In this document: piece by piece, positions 1 to 20,046 of the stretch | How positions within the stretch are numbered: position 1 is the stretch's first letter | How the letters are laid out: each line of letters starts with the position of its first letter | NCBI RefSeq assembly: GCF_009914755.1 | Contig: NC_060926.1 | Reading direction: 5' to 3' (one strand) | From: the human T2T-CHM13v2.0 reference genome, Homo sapiens | Length of the DNA stretch: 64,000 nt | The notes under the pieces: generated by a model | What the model saw: the letters and a program-made list of their open reading frames with translations, nothing else | What the model was told of the DNA's origin: nothing | Database searches by the model: none | Translations under genes and position numbers: made by a program

Positions 1-94
1 GCTGACCCACCAACTCCATTGAGTTGCGAATTTCTAGCATGAATGCCTAGCCTCAGAAAAGTAAGAAATTCTGCTGTGTGTCTTCATATGTATT

Positions 95-409
95 TTTATT
101 TTTACTTTATTACTACTGTTATTATTTTTAGAGACAGTGCCTTGTTCTGTTGCCCCAGCTGGAGTCCTGTGGCAATATCCTAGCTCACTGCAGCCTCAAA
201 CTCCTGGGCTCAGGTGATTCTCCCGCCTCAGCCTCCTGAGTAGCTAGGACTACAGGTGTACCACCGTGCCTGGCTGATTTTTCATTATTTTAGAGATAGG
301 GATCTCATTACGTTGGCTAGGCTGGACTCAAACGCCTGGTCCCAAGCGGTCCTCCTGCCTTGGCCTCCAAAAGTGCTGGGGCTACAGGCATGAGCCACTG
401 CACCCACCC
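95..409 (-). mobile_element. AluJ-like SINE
   Basis: Antisense Alu dimer with J-type motifs (cagcctcaaactcctgggctcagg) and a decayed T-rich tail at the left. Confidence 0.9.
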
Positions 410-1039
410 TCCCTGAGTATATTTTTAAATACAGGGTTTCATATCTTCAACATAGCCCCTAAATTAAAGCAATGATTATAACAATCGCACAGCAACTAAA
501 GCCAGTGTTCTGATGGTTTTATTTGAAAAGCACCATTCTCTACAAATGGAAGCTGATCAATAAAAAATATACATATATTTGAGAGAAAAGCCCACCCGGT
601 CCTCAGGAAAAGCAACCCGTAGAGAGTGGGCAATTTCAGATTGATTTATGAACTGGGAAAGTATTTCTGATTTTGTTTTAATTTTTTCTTTGGCCAAACT
701 GGTCAGGAGGTGATGAAGACTGACTTCCCAGCCCTTTGCTGCCAAATCTTAACTGCCTGAAAACTTACAGAAATGCTTGATTAAAACTAGAATAAAAATC
801 TCCAGTTGCCTTCAGCAAACCACAGCACAAGGGTGGGAAAACCAGTGCCAGGTTGCAGTTTAAGTATAGTCACTTGGCGCCTGCTGAAAGTACTGCTCCC
901 TTCCTGTTTAATAATTAATTCAACTTTAAAGCCCCAAGGATCTGGACTCAGCACCAGTTTCACAAAGCAGTACAGAAACAAAATGCTTCCAGAACTGGAG
1001 GGGGGGATAGAGGAAGAAAGAATCTAACATTTCAAGAAA

Positions 1040-1600
1040 CATCACCACATGGGGCCGGCAAGCAGGGGGTGGGGTTTGGAGGTGGAAAGATCCAGGGTGG
1101 AGAAATTCAAAATAAAATAAATACACACAAAAGCAAGGTTATTCACGGCCACTGGCACTAGGACTGGGAGCGGCATGGCGAGCCGGAAGTCATCCATTTG
1201 GGAGGCAGGCTGGTGCCTGCAGGCTAGTGGGGCCGAGAGGGTAATGGGCTCAGTCTCTGGAAAAGGAGACCCAGCCTTGCTCTTCAGCAGTGGCCTCTGC
1301 TCATTAGTCAGAGCATCGTGCTGGAAAAGGCATCCAAGGTGGGCAGTCATCCTTGCTTTCGCGCTCCTCTCCCTCCACCCCACCCCACCCGCACAATTCA
1401 CCCTCCAGGGGAAGGGCCGGAGAATGCCCGATGTGAGGGCGAAAAACAAGCAAGTTCCCAGGCTTAAATATTCAGTTACAGAAGTTAACACCCAACATAG
1501 CAGCAGATAACTGCAAAAATGTGTCCCCGCATCCAGTGGGGCACCTGCACTGTGCTTTGTGGTTTTTCTAAGTCGTTTGCTTTCTCTAAGCTGGTGAGTC
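1040..1600. promoter_or_regulatory. GC/CpG-enriched promoter- or enhancer-like segment
   Basis: Non-repeat with more CpGs than its flanks; ETS core CCGGAAGT at ~1184-1191; CACCC/GT boxes at 1371-1390; strong donor CTG|GTGAGT at 1593. Confidence 0.4.
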
Positions 1601-2539
1601 CAGCCAGAAAGGTGATGCACTGCAGATGCTGAAAACAGGCAGAAGCTGCTTAAAAGCTTATCAAATCTCGTATCGCACACAAGATAGGAGGGGGAATGTG
1701 TCCAGAACGACTGCAGCAGGCCCACCTCCAACCTCACAATTCAATATGAAACCACATGGACTATTCTTCTGTACTCCAGGAAACCTAAGTATCCCAAAGC
1801 ATTGCCAAGAGATGGTCTCACCAGAAATGAACAGATTAATTAAACAAAACGAAGGCCCGAGTGGCCAAGGGAAAGAGGAAAGCTATTTAACCCAAATTGT
1901 ATTTACTTTTTGCTTATTTTTATTATTATAAAGAGTCATGGGATAGAACACTCACACATATCCCCTGAGATTCCAGTTGGGTATTTTGAAATCGACATTC
2001 ACATAATTAACTGGTTGAGTTGGACAAATAATGACCTGAATATTTTCCGTAATCCTTAAAAATGGATGTTTTTATTACTCTGCAATTGTTAAAACTATAT
2101 GAATTTTCTTTATATTTTACTTCATACATACATTAGTTATAAAACATTTAAAGTACATTTACTTTGTATGTTTCCCTCCACTGCAGATTGATGGTGTTGC
2201 CTTAAAACTGTAACAGCTGTATTTTAAAAATAGGATTTTGTATTCCTCTTGACTGAGTTCTTAAAACTATGCCAAATTCAAGTTTGAAACTAGTTTCCAG
2301 TTATTAAACAATTTCAAAACCAGAAGGTCAATATGTTTTTCTCTATTTTTGAGGTAGTGAATGTCTAGCTGCTGCTTTTTATTTTTCAATTTCAAGTTTG
2401 GTTTCAAGCTCATGCCCCTGTTTTCTTACAAAGCTCATAGTCCCAGACAGTGAATCCTTCCTCACAGTAACATCTTCCTTTGTGATGAGAATAATTATCT
2501 ATCAGCGTATCTTTTTAAAATAATAAATTTGGGTATTTC

Positions 2540-2660
2540 TAGGAGGCAGTGCGTTGTCATGGAAACACCGTTGGACTATGAACCAAGCCAGCCTCTGGGC
2601 TGGTCCAGCACTAGCTGTACATCTTGGCAAGTTACAAACCCAAGAACACACCCCTGGGTG
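2540..2660 (+). mobile_element. MIR fragment (5' part)
   Basis: Degenerate MIR head and core (gaggcagt...actagctgtacatcttggcaagttac). Confidence 0.5.
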
Positions 2661-3344
2661 TCAGTGTGTACCGCTGCTAAAGGAGGAGTTCTCAGTGCTT
2701 CTCTCCCTGCACTGTGTCTGCAGGGAACCCCTTTTCAGGGTTGGGAAAGGAAGACTCACACACACACAGCCCACTCTAAATCGATCCAGACTATGATAAG
2801 TGCTGAAATAGAACCATGAATTAAATGAACCAGAAGATTTATAAGGCCTGCCCAGCTCCACAGATCTCTGATTCCATGTGAATCATGGATTCACCAACTG
2901 GGTTATGCCCAGTCACTGGCCTCACTCACTCAATGCTCGCCGTGTCCTGCTCACTCCTGTCCAGCCTGGCCTTTTTCATACAATCCACGGGGAATTGGCG
3001 CTAGTAGGTAGTAGGTAATTTGGAAGATTAGATTAAATAATTTGGAATATACCCATGGATATAGATGAGCCCTAAAAAAGGGAAAAGGTGTGGCCCCATG
3101 ATGAAAGAGTGGAAATCAAGCTTAACTCTTGGGTAATCAGCGTATGTGTAGGGCAAGTGTATTCTATTCAAGATTTACCCACAAGAGGCAAAAATACTGT
3201 GTCAGAAGTTAGCAGATAAAACAGGAATATGAAGAAAATGGCACAACTTTTTTTTCTACCTTTTTGTGATCCTCCCTCCTCATGGTTTGAAATATTTTGT
3301 GCTAGTTGTCAAGTGTGGGCCTTATAGGCTGATGGGACAGGGGT

Positions 3345-3490
3345 CCTCACCTCAGTTTTCTCATCTGAAAAATGGGGATTTCAACGTCAGAAGGTTGCTT
3401 TGATGATTATCTGAATTAATATATGTAAATCTCTTGGTAGAATACACGGAATTTACCAAGTTGTAAGTTGATGTCAGCCATTATTATTGA
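3345..3490 (+). mobile_element. MIR fragment
   Basis: cctcagttttctcatctgaaaaatgggg core. Confidence 0.7.
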
Positions 3491-3495
3491 GTTAG

Positions 3496-3803
<308 letters not shown>

Positions 3804-3880
3804 TAGGAGAGCTATGTTTAACCAAAGAGCTAGTGACTAATAATACATAACTAGTATTACCATACTGAAATTTTTTGCCT

Positions 3881-4262
3881 CTATATGCATTTGCTAGGGC
3901 TGCCATGACAAAGTGCCACAGGCTGAGTGGCTTAAACAACAGAGATTTATTTCCTCACAATTCTGGAGGCTCCGAGTCAGAGATCAAGGTGTGGGCAGGG
4001 TTGATTTCCTCTGAGGCCCCTCTCCTTGGCTTGTAGATGCCACCTTCTCCCTATGTCCTCACATGGTCTTCCCTCTGTGCATGTCTGTGCCCTAATCTCT
4101 TTTTATGAGGACAACAGTCACATTGGATTAGGGCCCACCCGGATGACAAGCTTTAACCTTAGCTTGTTAAAGACTGTATCCCCAAATATCATCACATTCT
4201 GAAGTACTGGGGTTTAGGACTTCAACAAGGGAATTTGGTGAAATACAATTCAGCTTATAACA
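3881..4262 (-). mobile_element. MaLR LTR (MLT1A/B-like)
   Basis: ggcttaaacaacagagatttatttcctcacaattctggaggc...gatcaaggtg...caattcagcttataaca. Confidence 0.9.
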
Positions 4263-4349
4263 GCCTCCACATCAGTAGAAGTACGGCTTCCATCAAGAGT
4301 TTTAAAATAACAGAAGTTCAGATTTGTATACATGGGTATATAAATGAAA

Positions 4350-4826
4350 GGGATCAACCTGGAGGACATTATTAAGTGAAATAAGCCAGGCACAGAAAGA
4401 CAAATATTGCACGATCTCAGTCATAAGTGGAATCTTAAAAAGATGGCTTAATAGAAATAGAGAGTAGAATAGTGGTTATCAGAGCCTGGAGAGGGGAGGG
4501 GTAAGGGGAAACAAAAGAGGTTGATCAATAGATACAGAGTTGTAGTTAGGAAGGAAGAATAAATTCCAGTGTTCTATTACATAGTATGGTGACTATAGCA
4601 GATAGCAATGTTCTGTGTATTTCAAGATGGCTAGAAGAGAACATTTTGAATGTTATCGCTACAAAAAAAAAATGACAAATGTTTAAAGTGATGAATATGG
4701 TAATTACCCTGACTTAGTCATTTATACAATGTATATACATGCATTGAAACATCACACTGTATCCCATAAATATGTTCACTTATTATGTCAATTATACATA
4801 AAATGGAATTAATTTAAAAAGAAAAA
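4350..4826 (+). mobile_element. L1MA-type 3' end
   Basis: ctggaggacattattaagtgaaataagccaggcacagaaagacaaata...ccccataaatatg, A-rich end. Confidence 0.9.
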
Positions 4827-6070
4827 CAAATGGGGAAACAGGCTCTATCCAGACCCTTGAATACTTTCACTGAGATGAAGCTGCATGCTCTGTGACTGTT
4901 CCCCAGTACAGAATAGACACTCACAGTCTGTAGACAAGTTAAAATCAAGCAGAGGTGAGGGCTATTATAACACCAGTGGAATTGATCAGTGTAATACATT
5001 TGTTGACTCAACTCACGAAGCTTGGATAACATAAACCAACAGAAATCTGCTTGAACCTGGGATCATCCAGGCCAGAGAGGAGGCTGACGAGTTGCCTTGG
5101 TCCTTGGGTGACTTGACCTAGCACTGAACTCTGTGACCTATCAATCCATGAAAAGACAGAAGGAAATGTTTCACACACGCAGTTCCACACCGTGCCTCCA
5201 TGAGCTCAGTGACAGACAGATTCGCCCTTTCCCACTGCCTTCCCTGGGAATCTTCTGTTAAATAGCTAGTCCATAGCTGCTTTTTCGCACCATGGCTATG
5301 TCACCCCTGCCCTTGTGCCAGAGCAGATTGAGTTAAATATTTAACTAATTTCTATTTTAAAATGTGTTAACTCAATAAGTTTAGATGCATATTCATGATC
5401 CTTTCAAATATTTTCTCTTTTGGGCTTCTTCAGACTCTCATTTTGGGATTTGCTAAATATGTCAGCCCAAGGAAGGTATTTGAGAAGCATATTTTCATTA
5501 GATATTGGTCACCACGTCGCTTGAGCATGAAGCTTTCAAAGAAAATTAAAGTGAAAGGAAAAAAAAGGTCTAGTATTGGTTATTAACTCCACCTCAGGGT
5601 GACTTCTCTTCAGGGGCAATTAAATAGCAGCTCTGGGCTGCTAAGTTTAGTGGCTTTACTTGTAGGTGGCACACTTTTCTTCAAGGACAACCGCCAGTCA
5701 GATCTGCTTTGATTTTTACCTGATGACACTGAGGCTGCCTCTGCAAAACCAGATTTTGTTTGAAATTGTAGATGTGACCACATCTATGTGCTCTGACCTT
5801 TCTTCTTTAAGAACCAAGTTTTGCATTACCAGGTAAATGCCCTTTCAGTGGAATTTTCATGGAACACTGGGGACATCCTGTGGTCAGCTTGGTTTAAGGC
5901 AGCCAGTCTTTTCAGCAACAATCTCAGGGAATAAAGAAATAAATGTCCCACATGAATCCTAGTTTATTTTGCAAGAACAAGAAGATAAAAGAAAAGAAAA
6001 GAGAAAAGAAATACACTCTTGTTCTTAATAATTTTTGCAATATAAACCTCTTTTTTTTTGAGCAACACAG

Positions 6071-6212
6071 TTTTTCAGTGAACGTGGATGGAGCAATTAT
6101 TTTTGTCAAGGACAGATATTTTCCGGACACAAAATACAGCTTCAGCAGAATAGAGGAAGCATGACATCAGGCGTTGCTCCGCGATCATACCTGGTTCTTA
6201 CCATCTGCTATT
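6071..6212 (+). other. Exon-like unit of a putative spliced transcript
   Basis: Pyrimidine tract and CAG acceptor, GTAAGT donor at 6213; one frame open throughout (FFSERGWSNYFCQGQIFSGHKIQLQQNRGSMTSGVAPRSYLVLTICY); several CpGs. Confidence 0.35.
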
Positions 6213-7339
6213 GTAAGTTCCATGTGCCTTGGCTCAACTTCTGGTCCTCGCAGGAGACAGCCTTCTGCAAAAAAGCACACAGCATGGCTTAAAGGGAAAA
6301 TAGTGGGTATTTTGGCAGTTTTACACCACAGATAGTGTACCAGTGACACTAAATTGAAGTCATTTAGTTGTAAATGTGATATTACATTTGATGGTTTCCA
6401 CTGGCAAAGCACTGAGCTGCCCACGTTAAACAGAGGCAAAGAAATGGAACTTGGAGAGCAAAGCCAGTCACCAGAGTAGCAGACCAAAGGGGCTTGTAAA
6501 AGCGTTTGTCGAGTCATTTAGAATCATAACTCAGCTCAACACACATGGTACCAGGAACAGCCAGCTCAGTTTCAGCAGTGGAAAGCAGGCAATGGAGTTT
6601 ATGTTGTTCTTCTGTTTATTAAAGACGGATGGGAGCACTCGACAGAAAAATCAAACTTCTGGTCATGGCTCATTAATCCCTGTTGTATCTGTCAGGGGTA
6701 TGTGTTTGGAGTTCCAACAAGCCTCTAGAAGGAAGATCACTGCTGAGCTTTGGTATTTTCTCTAATTTTGAATGGAAAGAGACGCCAATCACCTAGAAGG
6801 AGAAATAGAATACGAGGTTATTTTTAACTCACCTACTTTAGTGGTCATTAAACATAAATGAGTTGGTTTAAGACAAAAATGATTATGGTTAATAATTTTA
6901 TTGCCAATTTTTGTCATAGGGCTTTCTTTAGGAGAAGCAGTAAGGTAAAGACAAATGTGGAATAAAGCCAGATATTATGGCTGTTCTAGGAAAAGCTCAG
7001 CTTTTGGAGATAGATCTTTGGGTGAACCTGTGCAGACTCTTTGTGTGTGCCTGTGGTCATTGAAGTGCAGCTTCTATCAAATTGTCTCCTGCCTCCTAAG
7101 CTGGAGATGGAGATAAGACCCTGGTCTACCCAGACTGTTTACAACAACCCAGAAGACAGGAGCAGCGCTATTCTGATCCCTGTGTTGGAAACAATGGTCC
7201 TTTGTGAGACGATGTATGTTTCAAAGCCTCCACTCTGTGCTGGCTGCCCCAGCACAGCTGATCAAGACTACAGGACCAGGAGAAATGCGGGTTTTCCTGC
7301 TGACTCAGGGCTTGGGCTCTCAGATCCACATTTCTGAAT

Positions 7340-7495
7340 CTCCCAAAGCCTCAGGTTTCTTGTGTGTAAAAGGTGCATCATGACACTCATTTAGCACACA
7401 CCTCAGAGGATTTCTTAAGGATTAAATGAGGTAATGCACATAAGTAACTTAAACACAGTACGTGGCCCATAGGTGGAAGCACTTGTAAATGTTGT
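7340..7495 (+). mobile_element. MIR
   Basis: gcctcaggtttcttgtgtgtaaa...aggattaaatgaggtaatgcacataag. Confidence 0.75.
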
Positions 7496-8052
7496 TCTTG
7501 GGGTTGCTATTAGTACTATCATCATCTCCATCATCAGAGACAGCGTTGTTTGCTCTAGGTTGTGATCCTCCACACAATAGCCTCAATCCGCTTGTCAGGA
7601 CTATGTGGGAGGGACAAGGAGAGGTTGGAGAAGGGTCCTATCGGCTCAGCTTGGCCCACTGGTTGGGGCAATGATTGAATTAATACTTTTGGACTCCATT
7701 CTGGGCTACGTGCTGTGAATGATACAGTGAAGTTTTAAATGTCGTTTCTGCACTCAATAAAATTTAATCCATGTTAGTGGGTACAGGAAATTATCTGCGC
7801 AGGCAATCTTAGGTCAATAGCTTTCAAGTAAAGTAGGTGGAACCCCTAAAGGGAGACCAGTGCTGAGTGGATTGAGAATTCAGGAGTAAGCGGGGAATCA
7901 AACTAAGCACCTGCTACACATTTGGGTTCACCCCTGGAAGCTAAGAATTAGCTGGAGTCATGCCTCTGAGGGCTTCCAACAGGGTCCGGGCCTTCATTGC
8001 ATATTCCTGTTTCTTTTCAAATTTGGTTTTTTGTTTAGAAACACACACCGTT

Positions 8053-9268
<1,216 letters not shown>

Positions 9269-9869
9269 CTAATTGACCCTGTGGGTTTCATTTATGTTGT
9301 AACTCAAGCCTGATTACCCCCCCGCCAACCCCCCACCCCACTCCCACTCTGCCAGAGCCCGGGAACCTGAGGACTGTGAGAGCAGCAGCGTCCTAAAGGA
9401 GCATCTCAGCTGTGAGCCGTATTTTCAATTTTTATTAGCCTTTCTTATTTGCCCACAGCCTGATTTCTTTTAGGCTTGACACAATTTGCATGACTGAGTT
9501 AATCCAAGTGTGAAATGCAGTAGGGACCCGATTCAATGGATGGTCAGAAAGGCAGCATTATTAGGACATAAAAGAGATGGGGCAGGGTGATGCCCCCGCA
9601 ACTCCAGGTGCAAACAGACTGCCACGGGGCACTTGCAGTGATCCGCAGGGCAGGACAGTGCTCCAAAAGAATGAACTGTGTGCACTCAGCACGGGAGATG
9701 CATTCTTCAAGGTCCTTCTCACAAAGTATTTATCAGGCCAGGCGCTGTATTTGAGATCGGCAAGCAGACTCCCTCCATGTGGCATCAAAATCTCTCAGCC
9801 TAAATCCTCTAACACTCCTCGTAAAAGAAGTATTTGCACATATATATTAAATATATATGTACTTTTTAT

Positions 9870-10065
9870 TTTAAAATACTTTTAGACTTGCACAAGGGCC
9901 ATACGGAGAATCCCCATTTACCCCCCACCCACCTTCCCATAATGTGAACATCTTACACTGCTATGGTACATTTGTCAAAACGTATAAATTAAAATCAATT
10001 CAGTACTATTAACTAAACTGCAGACTTCATTCAGATCTCCCCAGTTTTTTCACTGTCACTGTATT
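9870..10065 (-). mobile_element. Old L1M (MC/ME-type) 3' fragment
   Basis: catcttacactgctatggtacatttgtcaaaac...tactattaactaaactgcagacttcattcagat. Confidence 0.65.
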
Positions 10066-11248
10066 CATTTTGAGAGATGTCACCCTACTCATTTTGGTAA
10101 TTATCTTTAACCAACAGAAAACATCATTATTGATTTCCTTTTGCAACCTGCTGGCCTTGCTCAACCTCTGGGCTCATCAGGTTACAAAACATGCTCCCCA
10201 CACAGCCAAGCGGAGACTCAGAGCCCCCGTGTGCACTTCACATCCTTGCTGGAAATCTCTGGGGAGAACAGGCTTTCTGCTCAGCCCTTCCTGGAGCATT
10301 GAGAAGTCCCGAAAGCCAGCTCCAGGGAGCAGCTGTAAATTTGCTGGCAGTCAGTAGCTTCTGGCTGTGGAGTGCTAGCTGTCCTCAGATATCTTCATAC
10401 TAAAAGAAAGACCTCCAAGGGTGGCACCAGTACATCACAGAGTGGGCATTTTGTGAGGATCTTACCAAGCAATGGTCCTTGCCTTTTTCTTTTTTATTCT
10501 AAACTCTTTTAATAGTAATAATATAATCCCCTAGATCTTCTTAGTAATTGTTTCAAGTAATTCCACTGTTTTTGGTAAAATTTTGTTTAAAAATTTTATG
10601 TCAATGTTACTAAAATGTTGTCTTAGAATTCATGTTTAATAATTCTAAATATTATTGTCTATAAAATATGCCTTATTTGCATCAAGAAATAAATGACATA
10701 GCACATTTTATTCCCAATAAAGTCATAAATTAGAAAAAAGAATATTTTGTAGACCAATTTGCTTTAAAATGATATATTGTCTCATCATTGGAGACTGAAT
10801 GAATGTTAAAACATTACATTCAGTTTTGTTTAATGTATGTTAAAACAAACAACAATTACACATTACTATGTCAAATATACTAAAATACCTTTTTATTCCT
10901 TGATATAGAGAAATCTTGCATGTTGCCCTTAAAACATCGGCAGCTTTATTTTTATAACTTTTGCTTTTTTTGTTTCTCAATGACAAAATATGGGAGAAAG
11001 TTCATACTGATATTTGTTAAAACTTTGCAACTAACACATTGAGAGTATAGTTTTACATTTTAAATTCCCAATAAGTAATAAGCCACACTGGATACATTTA
11101 ATCTTTTTCACACTGAATTTGGAAATACTGGTGACATGGCTGTGTGTAGATCAATGCAGACAGCTTTAAGAGGAATTTGCAGACGTTACCATTTTTATGC
11201 TCCTTATTAACTACTTTACACCAGTGTCCTTTGTGCTTCTGTCTCTAG

Positions 11249-11300
11249 CCAAATGGACAAATATAAGTTTAAACTTCACAATATGTAACTAAGAAGAAAA
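11249..11300 (+). other. Exon-like unit (52 nt)
   Basis: ttgtgcttctgtctctAG acceptor and GTAAGT donor; stops in all three frames, so non-coding if real. Confidence 0.3.
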
Positions 11301-12599
11301 GTAAGTTAAACCGGCACACTGGTGAAAACCACCCAGCGGTGGGGCGTGTCTTGTCATTAGCTCATCCGTGCGACCCAAAACTTCCCCAGACACACTCACT
11401 AGATAACTATTGGAGGGCTCACAAACTGTTTAAGGGAAAAAATATTCCAAGAGTTATTTTATCTTTAGACCCACTGAACACTGTGGTATTTCAAATTCTA
11501 GACTGGGGGAAGGCCCGCAAAGAGGGACCTTTGGACACCAGGGAAGAAGGAAGGGAAGAAAAGGGAACAGGAGAGACACAAACTGGACGTTTAATCCCTC
11601 GTTGCTGATGCACCCTCGACGATTTCATCACTTTTGACTCCTTTCACTCCTGTGCTTCCTGTGTCTGAACATCCTTGCCCTCTAGATTTACAAAGGTTTT
11701 CTACCAAAACTTTCTGACGGATCACTCCATGTGGGGAAGACAGGTGGCCAGGTGGGGTGGAAAAGAGAACAGAGCAAAACTGATGCACTCAGGGAAAAAA
11801 ACTCATACCATAGTCTCTATTCCAGAAAGAAAAACTATAACCCACTTAGTCTGGTGGGACTAAGGCTGGAACATATGTGGGACTCTGGATGTGGAAGATT
11901 ACATTATCCCTTGTGATAGATATAATGCTATAACAATAAGCAAGGTTACAGTTTGGCATTTTGATTTTGTTTGTTTTTTTCATTTAATTCACAGAGAAGC
12001 CTAGGTTCTTATCTCAGTTCTGCTTTCCTGTTTCCAAAGATACAAATGAATAGTTGATTTTCCAGGTCTTACTGTGATCAAATTGTTAAAAAACCATCTC
12101 GCATATTAGCATGTGATACAATTGTTGGCAAAAGGTACAATTTATCTTATAGGAGTTATCTTCAACTTCTGAGGAGAGGAAGTGAATGGAAAAACATGTT
12201 TCAGAACAAACTGTAAAAGGAAATTTTTATATTATGCACTGGCTAATTCTCAATAGATGGGTGACTTTGAAAGCTCAGGTCTGATGGTCAATTTCCATCT
12301 GGTATTGGAGCTGAGGTTGGGCTGTGGGTAGGAAGACAAGTCATGGGCTGTGTCGGGAGACTGATATGATCTGAACTTCCCAGCACTACCCTGGACTTTT
12401 CTATGACCTCCTTACTCCTCCATTACTTTAGGTTTGGGGCTAAACCATTTTTAAGAGAACACAGCCGTTGCCTGTTAGCAGAAAGAACTATTAATAGCAG
12501 CAAAGGCTGCACCCTTCGCAAATCGGTCAACTCATAAACTCAGACCTATAAATGCTATTAAAAATTAAAAATTAACAAGAAAGAAGAATATTTCTTTTC

Positions 12600-12772
12600 T
12601 TTTTCAAAAAACTACTTTTATTATGGAAATATAAAATATATACAAAAGTAGAAAGAGGTATAGGATGAGTCCCCATGTACCCATCTCTCAGCTTCAGTGA
12701 TTGATTATCCATGTAAGGCCAGACATCTGCACCCCACTCACTCATCAGCCCCCCAACCTGCACTGGATTATT
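12600..12772 (-). mobile_element. Old L1MC/ME 3' end, left part (resumes at ~27866)
   Basis: ttttattatggaaat...tacaaaagtagaaag...ccccatgtacccatc; ends ctggattatt and resumes ctgaattatttgaaagcaaatcccagac. Confidence 0.7.
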
Positions 12773-13144
12773 ATCTTTTAATTGTGACAAAACCACATGT
12801 AACATAAAATGTAGCCTAGCAGTGATTTTCAAGTGTACAGGACAATATTGTCAACCACATGCACACTGCTGTGCAACAGATCGCAGAACCCTCCATCTTG
12901 TGTCTACACCCATGAACAACACCCCTCCCACCCCGCCTCCTCCCCTTAGCCCTGCAGTCGCATTCCACTCTCTGTTTATGAATTTGAGTCTTTGAGAAAC
13001 ACTCATATCAGTAGAATCTTGAAGTATTTGCCTTTTTGTGTCTGGCTTATTTCACTAAGCCAGTGTCTTCAAGGTTCATCCATGTAGCATGTGACAGAAT
13101 TTCCTTCTTTTCAAAGGCTCAGTAACATCCCATTGCATGGAATA

Positions 13145-13182
<38 letters not shown>

Positions 13183-13370
13183 CATCATTTCTTTATCCAT
13201 TCATCTGTGTATGGACATTTAGGGTGCTTCCACCTTTCAGCTATTATGAATAATGCTGCAATAAACACGGGTGTGCAAATATGTCTTTGTGTTCCTCCTC
13301 CCTTCGATTCTTTTAGGCACATACTCAGAAGTGGGATTTCTGGATCATATGGTAATTCTATTTTTAATTT
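12773..13370 (-). mobile_element. L1MA9/L1MB-like 3' end (resumes at 21083)
   Basis: Antisense L1M 3'UTR and ORF2 end; breaks at ggtaattctatttttaattt; includes (CA)n at 13147-13180. Confidence 0.85.
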
Positions 13371-13379
13371 TTTTAATGT

Positions 13380-13412
13380 GTCAATAAAATTTTATTTACA
13401 AAAACAGGCAGC
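13380..13412 (+). mobile_element. MER58-like hAT fragment supplying the poly(A) signal
   Basis: caataaaattttatttacaaaaacaggcagc resembles the MER58A internal motif. Confidence 0.6.
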
Positions 13413-14845
<1,433 letters not shown>

Positions 14846-15132
14846 ATTTTTTTCTATTATGGATCACACTTTGGTGATATATTTTCTTGTGTTTTTTTCT
14901 AGAAATTTATAGTTTTGTTCTTTTTTTAAATTATACTTTAAGTTCTAGGTTACATGTGCACAACGTGCAGGTTTGTTACATAGGTATATATGTGCTATGT
15001 TGGTTTGCTGCACCCATTAACTCGTCATTTACATTAGGTATATCTCCTAATGCTATCCCTCCCCCTGCCCCCACCCCACGACAGGCCCCAGTGTGTGATG
15101 TTCCCTGCCCTGTGTCCAAATGTTCTCATTGT

Positions 15133-18956
<3,824 letters not shown>

Positions 18957-19020
18957 TATGATATTAGCTGGTTATTTTTGCCCGTTAGTTGATGCAGTTT
19001 CTTTCTCGCATCGGTGGTCT

Positions 19021-20046
19021 TTACAATTTGGTATGTTTTTGCAGTGGCTGGTAAGGGTTTTTCCTTTCCATGTTTAGTGCTTCCTTCAGGAGCTCTTGTA
19101 AGGCAGGCCTGGTGGTGACAAAATCTCTCAGCATTTGCTTGTCTGTAAAGGATTTTATTTCACCTTCACTTATGAAGCTTAGTTTGGCTGGATATGAAAT
19201 TCTGGGTTGAAAATTCTTTTCTTTAAGAATGCTGAATATTGGCCCCCACTCTCTTCTGGCTTGTAGAGTTTCTGCTGAGAGATCCGCTGTTGCTCTGATG
19301 GGCTCCCCTTTGTGGGTAACCCAACCTTTCTCTCTGGATGCCCTTATCATTTTTTCCCTCATTTCAACCTTGGTGAATCTGACAATTATGTGCCTTGGGG
19401 TTGCTCTTCTCGAGGAGTATCTTTGTGGTGTTCTCTGTATTTCCTGAATTTGAATTCTGGCCTGCCTTGCTAGGTTGGGGAAGTTCTCCTGGATAATAAC
19501 CTGAAGAGTGTTTTCCAACTTGGTTCCATTTTTCCTGTCACTTTCAGGTACACCAATCAAACATAGATTTGGTCTTTTCACATAGTCCCATATTTCTTGG
19601 AGGTTTTGTTCATTTCTTTTTACTCTTTTTTCTCTAAACTTGTCCTCTTGCTTTATTTCATTAATTTGATCTTCAATCACTGATACCCTTTCTTCCACTT
19701 GATCAAATCAACTATTGAAGCTTATGCATGCATCACATAGTTCTCGTGCCATGGTTTTCAGCTCCATCAGGTCATTTAATGTCTTCTCTACACTGTTCAT
19801 TCTAGTTAGCCATTCGTGTAATCTTTTTTCAAGGTTTTTAGCTTCCTTGCAATGGGTTTGAACATCCTCCTTTAGCTTGGAGAAGTTTGTTATTACCGAC
19901 TTTCTGAAGCCTACTTCTGTCAGCTCGTCAAAGTCATTCTCCATCCAGCTTTGTTCTGTTGCTGGTGAGAAGCTGTGATCCTTTGGAGGAGAAGAGGCAC
20001 TCTGGTTTTTAGAATTTTCAGCTTTTCTGCTCTGGTTTCTCCCCAT
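19021..20046 (-). pseudogene. L1 ORF1, split by a frameshift
   Basis: MGRNQSRKAENSKNQ... (19708-20046) and ...QEIWDYVKRPNL...YQPLQKHTKL (19021-19698). Confidence 0.95.

Noticed and set aside
1042-1737. 231-aa ORF on the - strand
   Set aside because: Non-ATG start, no recognisable domain, composition typical of a chance ORF in GC-richer regulatory DNA
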